Notes under the pieces: generated by a model
Seen by the model: only the letters and a program-made list of their open reading frames with translations
Database searches by the model: none
Told to the model about the DNA's origin: nothing
In this document: positions 23,493 to 33,000 of the stretch, piece after piece
Layout: every line of letters begins with the position of its first letter
Position numbering within the stretch: the stretch's first letter is position 1
Translations under genes and position numbers: made by a program
Assembly: GCA_051546255.1 (NCBI GenBank)
Contig: CP128820.1
Span: 248,001 to 312,000, forward strand
From: Meyerozyma guilliermondii
Taxonomy: Eukaryota
DNA length: 64,000 nucleotides
Direction: 5' to 3'

Positions 23493-25649
23493 ATGCCAGG
23501 TGCCCTGAGTAGTACAGTGGCACAAATGAAGTCGGAGGCTTCGATGGCAGAAGAGACAACTTCTGAGGACACTCCTCATTCCAATCCGAATGTCCCGGAC
23601 TCGGAATCAGCCACCAGACTTGCGCCTTTGCACCCGATTCGGAAAGAAGTTGAAACTACTACCACATTTCATCCCCTGATTTCTGCCTTAACTCAGGGGT
23701 TTGTCCGTTATCTTCGAGAACCACGGTTTCAGGCCCCACTTTCCTTGGAAGAGCTTAAAGTTCTTTTCAATAGCTTTTACGATGACCTTAATGGACTTGC
23801 AATCAATGTGTATACCCAGTCAAATTCAAGCAAAAAGCGTCTTATCGCCCAACTGGATCATTTCAATGCCCATCCTCATCACTACGATTACCTTTTAGCC
23901 ATCGCCAACTACTCACTGTCGTCCATCAAGCTTTCAAAGCGAACCGATAACGAATCTCTCATGCAACTCCGAGTGTTCAATTACTATAAATACCTTACTG
24001 TGGCTAAGGCACTCGAATGTGCTCACACCGAACTATTTTCTGCATCCACCCTGCCGGATGGCCTGCTGTTACATGAGAAGCTTCAAAGGTTTGATCACCA
24101 CGATATAGTGTTCCAGGAATTTCTTGACGACAAGTTAGAAGCCATGAAGAATATTCCATTCGAAGCATTTTCAGAAGGTGATCCTTATCCACTCGTGGAT
24201 AAACAGGAAGAAATACAAATGCTCCTGCGACTACTTGCACTGGTCAAAGAAAAGGTGACTCCACGTGAAAAGTTGAATGTGGTGGTGCACTTGCAACAGC
24301 GTCTCATCACACTTCTTTCCGAATGTTCAGCAGGGAAGACAAGTAAAGATGTCTCTGCTGATCATTTGCTTCCCATACTCATCCATTTTCTTGTATGTCA
24401 TGGATCGGGCTGTGATCTCTACCTCACATTCATGTTCATAAAAAACTTTCTCAATCTTTTGGACCCTACTGGCATTGATCCTCAACATTTCACTACTCAC
24501 TCTTCATTCTCCAACTATGCACCCGAGACCCGTCTGGTGATCCACAAGAAGCGAGCTCGCAAGCTGCTCTTTGAGTGTTTGAACCTCAACCTCGATGACA
24601 CAGAACATCCAGTCAAAGACTTTGATTTTTTTGACTCCGACAAGAAACTTGCAGCACACCTTCAAGCAGAGTACCTTAACAATGGCGAGCTTATGTATTA
24701 CTTGACGAATTTCGAGGCAGCCTTGTTCTTCCTCCTGAATGTCACTGGCGATGAGTTGCAATTGCAAAATGAAGCTGAGATTTTGTCCACCTCTATTATC
24801 AAGCTCGTGGAAAAAGATATGCTTACCCAATTCAAATTCCCTGACGAAATCAAGCAAGAAAGTGGTTCAAGCGTCAGCTCTTCACCTGTCCGTTTGCGCA
24901 ATAACCGCAGCCGTTCTACCTCACTTTTAAATGCCATAAGCAGCCGCTTGAATGCCGGGTCTATAATCACCACACGTCTGCGGTCCAACTCGGGGAACAA
25001 TTCAGGTCCGACAAGAAGAGAAACTTTTCCATCAATGGAGGTTACCGAAGACGACGGCTCGCTGCTTATGAGGAGTTTGATCACACGATTTAGTCTGGTG
25101 TCCGTTCCACAGTTCAGAACCCCTACTAGCGAGGGAGATACAGATAGCATTGATGTTAGACTCGATTCTGAACGAGCAAATCTGGTGGATGATCATGTTG
25201 ACCCTAAGCGGAACTCCATCACACAAAAGTTTTCCACAGGAGTTACCGAGTTCATGACCCGCATTGGTCAGTCACAGAGCCAAAACCAAAGCTTTACCAC
25301 CATCGCTAACCATGCAAGCCAGACTTCGCTCGACCTAAAAGGAGCCGAAGGAGCTCGTAGCAGAACCACCAGTATACAGATAATGGATCGGTGGTTTGGG
25401 GCGATATCCCAATCAGCTCCAGAGGTGGAGCACAACGATTCGACGGTAGAATCTCAGGAAGAATCTTCTGTGTTCAGTGCTCCGATTAGAGAACTCACAA
25501 AGTACCAGGATACAGACTTTGATTCACTCACTATTCAAGATCTTCGAACTCTCAAAGCATACTATGATCAGCTATGTACAGAATTGGGTGTGAGCAAGTC
25601 AGAAAGCAAAACCACCGGAGACAGCCACAGTCTTCGGGAAGGGTTATAG
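23493..25649 (+). CDS. MUK1: VPS9-domain Rab5-family GEF, Muk1-like
   Basis: TPREKL, SADHLLPILI and GELMYYLTNFEAA VPS9 motifs, with a Ser-rich C-terminus. Linked to BTS1 as in S. cerevisiae (YPL069C/YPL070W). Confidence 0.8.
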   Translation: MPGALSSTVAQMKSEASMAEETTSEDTPHSNPNVPDSESATRLAPLHPIRKEVETTTTFHPLISALTQGFVRYLREPRFQAPLSLEELKVLFNSFYDDLNGLAINVYTQSNSSKKRLIAQLDHFNAHPHHYDYLLAIANYSLSSIKLSKRTDNESLMQLRVFNYYKYLTVAKALECAHTELFSASTLPDGLLLHEKLQRFDHHDIVFQEFLDDKLEAMKNIPFEAFSEGDPYPLVDKQEEIQMLLRLLALVKEKVTPREKLNVVVHLQQRLITLLSECSAGKTSKDVSADHLLPILIHFLVCHGSGCDLYLTFMFIKNFLNLLDPTGIDPQHFTTHSSFSNYAPETRLVIHKKRARKLLFECLNLNLDDTEHPVKDFDFFDSDKKLAAHLQAEYLNNGELMYYLTNFEAALFFLLNVTGDELQLQNEAEILSTSIIKLVEKDMLTQFKFPDEIKQESGSSVSSSPVRLRNNRSRSTSLLNAISSRLNAGSIITTRLRSNSGNNSGPTRRETFPSMEVTEDDGSLLMRSLITRFSLVSVPQFRTPTSEGDTDSIDVRLDSERANLVDDHVDPKRNSITQKFSTGVTEFMTRIGQSQSQNQSFTTIANHASQTSLDLKGAEGARSRTTSIQIMDRWFGAISQSAPEVEHNDSTVESQEESSVFSAPIRELTKYQDTDFDSLTIQDLRTLKAYYDQLCTELGVSKSESKTTGDSHSLREGL

Positions 25650-25811
25650 GATACGAGTTAGACGAATTATATAGACATGCATATACGAATTTTGCTAGCA
25701 TAGATACTACTATTATAAATTTGCAGCTCTGCATTTCAGACCGCACCTGCATATAACCCCGGGTCGCAGATCCGCTACTATATAATACTAGAAGCTTCTC
25801 TTTAATGGTTC

Positions 25812-26411
25812 ATGCCCAGTAGGAAACGAAGACTTTCAAGCTATGACGACAGTTCCAAACGAATCCGCTTGGACAGCTTGTTTAGCTCGTTGTCTCTTGA
25901 CGATCAAGAAGAGCTAGAAGTTAATCCAGGTCTAGATCATGCTCCATCCACAGATGATATCAATTCATACATTGTGAAAAAATTAGCATTGCAATACATG
26001 GATGCACAAAAAGCACGTATGTCACTTATTAAGTACTATGACTGGCGCATCCTAGTAGTATATAACTTTCAGAGATGGGCTTTACGACTATTCAATCGAT
26101 TTTGGCGTCGCTACAACCGTGCGCATGGCCGCAAACAATTTAAAACATTCCGATTTTACCACCAAATCATGGACCTATTGAGCCAGACTCGTTCAATAAC
26201 ATTGAACCATCTAGCGTCAATTTTGGACCAAGAAAACCGACTCGAACAACTGCAGCTCAAGAGACGCCAACAAGCACGAACAGATAAAGAAGAGGCAATG
26301 TTGCATAAGGATCTAGGCTATAACTACTGGGACACTTTCGAGGGCTTTGATAGTGATGAGGAAATGATGGAGATAGAAATCGACGGTGTCGAAGAAGAAA
26401 TGGAAGAATAA
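25812..26411 (+). CDS. Conserved hypothetical protein, probably YPL071C-like; N-terminal basic NLS-like motif and acidic tail
   Basis: 199-aa ATG ORF with RKRR...KRIRL...LSLDD, SLIKYYDW...W and DSDEEMM motifs; follows MUK1. Confidence 0.75.
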   Translation: MPSRKRRLSSYDDSSKRIRLDSLFSSLSLDDQEELEVNPGLDHAPSTDDINSYIVKKLALQYMDAQKARMSLIKYYDWRILVVYNFQRWALRLFNRFWRRYNRAHGRKQFKTFRFYHQIMDLLSQTRSITLNHLASILDQENRLEQLQLKRRQQARTDKEEAMLHKDLGYNYWDTFEGFDSDEEMMEIEIDGVEEEMEE

Positions 26412-26484
26412 CCACCAAGTACGTTGGTATCTACATCTGTGCACCAGGTGCTATCTGATCCAAAATTCGGCTTGGTTTACAACT

Positions 26485-27600
26485 ATGGTGGATCTCGCCA
26501 ACTTGCTTCTTCGACTTCCCCCAGAAATTGTTCTCCGCATATTTTCGTTTCTCACTACTGTTGAGATTAATAAACTAGCTTCTGATCTTGAGCACACAGA
26601 TGATGGGGATCGTTACCATTCACTTATTATCCTTGCGTACAGCCTGCTTTATCTGAAGACACTAGTGATGGACTCTACCGAGACATATATGCCCAAACAT
26701 GTTGGACAGGAGCGAAACTATATCGACATTTACCTGCTTTCCCTGGTGGTTTCATGCAGCCCAGTATCGTTAAAGCAGAAAGCATTGATCTCTACTTGTC
26801 CCAACTCATTGACATTTTGTTTCACCAGAGAGCTTATGGATCCAAAGGTATTTATGGAAGAGCTCAACACCTTTAGTGACATGTTAACTCGTCTTGTGGC
26901 TCCTCAGAAAGGCATAGCTGAAAGTACCACTCATCAATATCTCAACATGATCAATGGTTTCTCTCTCGTGATAAGTAGTGGCCGCGACCAGTCATCCATC
27001 GAACTCCCAACCGCAGTGGGAGTGCTGATCTTGAGGCTATTGACCCATTTGGCAGATCCTCGTGCCAGCTTGAGTCCCACATTGCTGCTGAAGCTTGTCT
27101 CTCTCGATATCCACAACTCGGACTTGGGAAACTTTTTGCATATAGAATGGGGAAGGTTGCTCTGTCGGTTTGAAAACTTGCAGCTGCTCAAATTGAACAA
27201 CAATCTCATTGGAAACCTCATAGAAGAGTTTGAATGGCCGGCAAAGCTACGTATACTAACCATTGCCAATAACAAGATAACTTCACCTGATTTTATCTCG
27301 CGGCTCCCCAAGACACTCGAAGTCCTTTCACTTGGAAGAAACTACTTTGAACGTATTGGATTCGAAAATTCAGACCTTCAATTAGCCTCATTTCCTCGTT
27401 TACGATACCTCGATCTCGAACGCAGTTATTTGCTCAAAAAGATCAATCTGCATATATTTCACAATATTGGGTCAAAGGGCAACTTTTCAACCTTAGCTCT
27501 TTACAACTGCACACTTACCGATGACTGCTGGCACGATTTGGAATTGGCAGCATCCCAAGAGAATTTCAACATTCTAAGAGGCACTGACGAATTTGGTTAG
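26485..27600 (+). CDS. F-box / leucine-rich-repeat protein
   Basis: F-box LLRLPPEIVLRIFSFL and LRR units (NLQLLKLNNNLI, KLRILTIANNKI, TLEVLSLGRNYF, RLRYLDL). ATG at 26485. Confidence 0.85.
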   Translation: MVDLANLLLRLPPEIVLRIFSFLTTVEINKLASDLEHTDDGDRYHSLIILAYSLLYLKTLVMDSTETYMPKHVGQERNYIDIYLLSLVVSCSPVSLKQKALISTCPNSLTFCFTRELMDPKVFMEELNTFSDMLTRLVAPQKGIAESTTHQYLNMINGFSLVISSGRDQSSIELPTAVGVLILRLLTHLADPRASLSPTLLLKLVSLDIHNSDLGNFLHIEWGRLLCRFENLQLLKLNNNLIGNLIEEFEWPAKLRILTIANNKITSPDFISRLPKTLEVLSLGRNYFERIGFENSDLQLASFPRLRYLDLERSYLLKKINLHIFHNIGSKGNFSTLALYNCTLTDDCWHDLELAASQENFNILRGTDEFG

Positions 27601-27690
27601 GGTCCTGTTTCGAACATCCTGCACACATTCCCTTCAGCTAGTCGCGGCTGATTCGTTCCCGCGGTCGCTTTCAACGAAACTGTGTATTTC

Positions 27691-29691
27691 ATGCTTCGAG
27701 TATCGGTGCTAGCGCCAACCATACGGTCCTGTTTGGTTCGGCCGGTACGTTCGCGCACGCTCATTCATCACCTAAAACCTTTAGTAGGTCCACAAAGGCT
27801 TTACGTTCGCTTCAATTCTTCCAACCAGTCGCCGCCACCTTCGAACGAAGACGTCAAATCGACTAATGAACCACAACCCAAACCAGGCCGCCCAAAAAAT
27901 CTCTTTAATGACTTGAAACGACTTATCAAACTTGCAAAACCAGAGACAAAAGTACTTGCCGCGGCATTGTTGTGTCTTGTCACCACTTCATCGGTATCCA
28001 TGTCACTTCCCTTGTTCATAGGAAAGATCATCGATACCACGAAAGCTCCGCTCGAGGACGCAGCAACTGAAATCACTATATTAGGACTTCCAGAATACCA
28101 ATTTTACACTTCACTTTTAGTACTTTTTGGCATAGGTGCTTCTGCCAACTTTGGTCGGATGTACTTGTTGCGCTCAGCCGGTGAACGGCTCGTGGCTCGA
28201 CTAAGATCACGCGTCTTCTCAAAGATCCTTAGCCAAGATTCCTATTTCTTTGACTTGGGACCATCTAAAAATGGGATGAAAACTGGTGATTTGATTTCTC
28301 GTATATCAAGCGATACCCAAATCATTGCAAGAACCATGAGTGGAAATATATCGGATGGTGCCCGTGCGCTTATCAGTGGCGTTGTGGGACTTTCAATGAT
28401 GTCATATGTCCTGTGGCAATTGACCTTATGTATGAGCTTGATATTCCCTCCTCTCATCATAATGTCTACATTCTACGGACGGAGAATAAAAAGTTTGTCT
28501 CGCCAAATCCAGGAAAATCTTGGAGGAATGACGAAAGTTGCTGAAGAAAAGTTCAATGCGATCAAGACCATCCAAAGTTTCGGTCAACAGAAACGGGTTG
28601 TCCACGAATTCAACCAAGAAGTTAGGAAAATTTTTACAACTTCTACGCATGAGGGGTTTCTCAGTGGTATATACTATGGTGGTAATGGATTGCTTGGTAA
28701 TGTCACTATGGTGGGCCTTTTGGTGGTTGGTACCAAATTGATAGCCTCGGGTGATATTTCCATTGGAGATCTTTCAAGTTTCATGATGTATGCCGTGTAT
28801 ACGGGACTGTCAGTATTTGGACTCGGCAACTTTTATACAGAGTTGATGAAAGGACTAGGTGCGTCCGAACGTGTGTTTGAGCTTATGGATCTGAAACCTA
28901 GCATAACTACCAGCTTGGGGCGTAAGATCAAGGATATCCACGGAGATATAGTTTTCCGCGATGTCAAGTTCCATTATCCTTCGAGACCTGATTCACCAAT
29001 ATTTGGTAATAAGCCATTGAATCTTACGATCAAAAAGGGCGAGCACGTTTGCTTTGTTGGTCCATCTGGAAGCGGTAAATCGACGATTTCACAATTGCTT
29101 CTTCGATTCTACGATCCTATTGAAGGCAGTGTAATTGTCAACGGATACAACATCAAGGATATGAACCTCACTCACTTTAGACAACAAGTGGGATACGTTC
29201 AACAAGATCCTGTCCTTTTCAGTGGCACAATTGAAGAGAATATTCGATTTGGCAAGCTTGACTGTACTGCAGCCGACATCAATGAGGCACTTGAGATTGC
29301 CAATGCATATAATTTCATTCAGGCATTTCCCGCCAAGCTCGATACGATTGTGGGACCCTCGAGCAGCGCCCGGTTGAGCGGAGGACAGAAACAGCGGCTC
29401 TCGATAGCGAGGACCCTTATTAAGCGGCCCGAGATATTGGTGCTTGACGAGGCCACTTCGGCGTTAGATACAAGTCTGGAAGAGATAGTGATGCGCAACC
29501 TCATGGCTGTGGCCGGCGAGAGGCAGTTTACAATGATACTGATTGCCCATCGGCTTTCTACAATCCGCAACAGCGAGCGGGTGATTGTACTTGCAGGCGA
29601 TGGACAAATAGTTGAAGATGGCTCATTCGACGAGTTGTACAATAATCCCGACAGCGAATTGAACAAGCTTTTAAAGACATATAGAGAGTAG
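27691..29691 (+). CDS. MDL1: Mitochondrial inner-membrane half ABC transporter (ABCB) Mdl1
   Basis: Arg-rich presequence, GPSGSGKST, LSGGQKQR and LDEATSALD. Adjacent to ATG26 as in S. cerevisiae (YLR188W/YLR189C). Confidence 0.88.
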   Translation: MLRVSVLAPTIRSCLVRPVRSRTLIHHLKPLVGPQRLYVRFNSSNQSPPPSNEDVKSTNEPQPKPGRPKNLFNDLKRLIKLAKPETKVLAAALLCLVTTSSVSMSLPLFIGKIIDTTKAPLEDAATEITILGLPEYQFYTSLLVLFGIGASANFGRMYLLRSAGERLVARLRSRVFSKILSQDSYFFDLGPSKNGMKTGDLISRISSDTQIIARTMSGNISDGARALISGVVGLSMMSYVLWQLTLCMSLIFPPLIIMSTFYGRRIKSLSRQIQENLGGMTKVAEEKFNAIKTIQSFGQQKRVVHEFNQEVRKIFTTSTHEGFLSGIYYGGNGLLGNVTMVGLLVVGTKLIASGDISIGDLSSFMMYAVYTGLSVFGLGNFYTELMKGLGASERVFELMDLKPSITTSLGRKIKDIHGDIVFRDVKFHYPSRPDSPIFGNKPLNLTIKKGEHVCFVGPSGSGKSTISQLLLRFYDPIEGSVIVNGYNIKDMNLTHFRQQVGYVQQDPVLFSGTIEENIRFGKLDCTAADINEALEIANAYNFIQAFPAKLDTIVGPSSSARLSGGQKQRLSIARTLIKRPEILVLDEATSALDTSLEEIVMRNLMAVAGERQFTMILIAHRLSTIRNSERVIVLAGDGQIVEDGSFDELYNNPDSELNKLLKTYRE

Positions 29692-30076
29692 TACATAGAG
29701 AATGTGCAGAAAATGTACATAGAGCATTAAGATATTTATAGTGAAGACTGAAATAATAACGCAGCGCTGAAATTACCCAGACCGCATATTTTCAGCCCCG
29801 GCCGCTCGGTAAGCTTGGTCGCGGCTTGCGCGGCTCGGGCTCTGGAATCGAAAATTAACCTAAATTCGATACAGTGCGATGTCCGGGTGTGGCTATCGGC
29901 GGCATGTGAATATTCAAACACTAACAATCATTTCGGACTTGAGCGGTCTATCTCTCGTGGTACATCTCATTTTATCTTGATTATATTTTTCCGCAATTTA
30001 TACTTTGCGCTATTAGTGATCTTAAACCTTTGTACACAAATACCACCCTCAGTGCCAATTATCGGCACCTTTTACC

Positions 30077-33000
30077 ATGGCTGATAATGAGCCAGCAATG
30101 GCGACGAAACAGCATAACGCCGAACTATTGCCACCGACGCGAACGACATCTGAGCCACCTTTGTACAAGAGGCTTGGGAATATGGTGATTCCTCCTTTAC
30201 AGTCTTCATTCTCATTCTTGAGTCCCGGTGGTACTTCTGAAGAAGATGAGTTTCCCTTTGAAGATTCAAACAATTCAACTCCGCGAGAAGATGAAGATGA
30301 CAAGGCCACAGGTTTTGGTGAATTGAAGCCACTCAATCAATTCTTCAACATGCTAACGGCTACACTGGTCCAATCTGGTCATTGTTTTTTGAAGCAATTG
30401 CGCAGTGGTGCCGGTCTGCCCGAGCCCGGGTTGCACCGGGCAAGGTCTCCGCTGTTGGCGTATGGAGTATTCGACTATGAGAGTGACGAGGACACTGAAA
30501 GCGATACGGCGGATGACTCTCTGGTGAAAGAGAATGGGCCACAAAATGATTCAAAAGTGACAATTGTGAAGGATGCTGACTCAGAACTGAAACCAATGGA
30601 AGAACCAGCTCCACGAATATCAACCTCGGACACTCGCTCCTCCTACAATGAAGACTTACATTCTGACACTTCTGCAGACACCTTTCATGACGCAGCACTG
30701 CGAAGACTGGGCCTCTTGGATTTCGAGAAGGTTGCTCCCACGGCAGAGTTTGAAACAATCCAGGAAAATAGCTTTGAGTCTAGTGCTCTTGATGACACAC
30801 TGGACCAAAGAGACAGCAAGTTGTCTGTTTTCCAGCAATCCATACTTGACAACTTAGACCCGCAATTGATACACGAGGGAGTGTTAATTGTTCATAACGA
30901 AAAGAAGGACCACCTGACGACAGAAAACAAAGACTCCGAGTTGTACAAGCGCAAAGTTCGGGACCTTCGCCTAAAGATAGCTGACAAGTTGACTTTAGTA
31001 TTTCAACTCAAAGATAATGAGTACTTTTGTGGTAACTACAATGCTTGGCTCGCCAAAGACGTTTTGCTCCAGGGCCACATTTACTTGACCCATAAGAATC
31101 TCCTCTTCTTCTCGTTTCTTCCCAAGAGATATCTGCACGATAATATGACTGACAGCGATGGTTTTCAGCTGGTGGACGATTCTGACGACGTCGTCCAGGC
31201 GGGTACGTTGAGCATGCGGAACCCGAACTTTACTGATCAAATTCTTTCTGGACCCATGGCACACCGGTTCTGGGTAATTCTTCGGCTGGAAACCTTGTCG
31301 GTTTATAGCTCTGCAGTGGATCTTTACTTTCCCACGGTGGTAATTGATCTCAAAGATTGCATTCATGCCGAAATAGAAGATCTGAAAGCAAACCGAGAAA
31401 TGGGTATAACCTCCCCTCGTTGTGGCTTTGGGAAATACTCGGAAACAGCGACACCGCGGTCGTACGACTCTACCGTTGATGAAGAGTCAGATATTAGCAG
31501 CTTTGTTGCACAGGACCAAAAACCAGAAGAAAATCCTTTGACGGGTGGGGTGTGGATACGTCTACAAACTAAGAAGAGAACTTTTCGATTTTGCGCAGAT
31601 AATCAATTTTCTGCCAGAAAATGGGTCAATAATATCACTAAAGTGGTATTTCTGTTACAGAACTCGAATGCTCGTAATGAGGTGCTTTTCAAGGTGCCTA
31701 TACAGCTGATCGATAGGATCGAGAAAAACATCTTGTTTGACGTGGCCAATAACAGCGAAACCGACGAGGAACCAACGATATCAGTCACTATAATCTATAC
31801 TGTCAATCAAAAACGGCTACTGACTACTAGGATGAAAGAGCGACTTTCGAAACAGTCAAAAGGAGACGACGAACAAACTGTCAACTCCAATCAACGAAAA
31901 ATCCATTTGTTGTTCTTCCAACACGGTGCAAAGTTCATGGAGGCGATATCTTGCTTCATGCTGGCTGATCAAGATGCCACTAGTGATGTTCAAACTATGT
32001 TTTCACGAGGCTCTGATCCCTCGCTGAAAATCTCCATGGAATCAGAAAGTATTATAAACCGTGCTAAAACCCCTAAACGCAAAGTTCTGCGTGTTGACTC
32101 TCGATCCGATCAATCAATATCGACTCTTTGCGATAATGATACAAATCAACTACTCGAGCAGCTCTTTGTGGGATCCTATGGGAGCACCCCTACGTTGACG
32201 CCTACAGAAACTAATAATGAACTGTCGACAATCAAAAAGATTGGCAAGTCATTGGCTTCTCCTTCAAGGCTCTTTAGTAGGAGTAGGTCTTCATCATTTG
32301 CTGACGAGAAAAGACTTGAATTCGTTGAGTCTGGAGGACTTGATGTCGCTTGGCAACTTCCACGAAAGCTATCACTTACGGGTCTTAAGAACATCAACTT
32401 CTCCTTTGAAGCATCTCAGAAGCAGGTTAGTGAGGCGGCTGCTCGTTATAATGAATTATCTGATGCTGAAACACCTGATGAATACGTGAAGTCAAAGTCA
32501 GAGATACTTTCCTCTCATACAGCTATGCCGACTCCATTGAATTTCGGTGAGGCATCAGAGTACGAGCAAGCGATGCCAAAGAAACTGTTGGGGTTAAAAA
32601 CATTCAGCAAAAGTATCAAGGCCATATCTGGAATGTCTGGCATTTGGTCGTCTAATCCCACACATTATGAAAAGAAAGACAACGAAGACCCATACTATGA
32701 AAAAGACTCATCATTCCGGGAAATCTCCAATAAAAACTTTTTGAATCACTTTTCTTTCAACATGGAGAAAAGGCTTGTTGCCAGCTATACAACTCATTTA
32801 CAACGTTCACTCCCAGTCTATGGTAAGCTATATTTGGGCGACTCTGATTTATGTTTCCGAAGTTTGCTTCCCGGGGTGTCTACCAAAATGATACTTCCAC
32901 TCAAAGATTTAGAAAATTGTTATAAAGAAAAGGGAATAAAACTTAAGTACTCTGGGTTGGTGTTGGTTATACGAGGGCAGGATAAGCTTCTTTTGGAGTT

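Noticed and set aside
29808..29943. GTAAGC...CACTAAC...GAG as a 5'UTR intron of ATG26
   Set aside because: All three signals are non-consensus.
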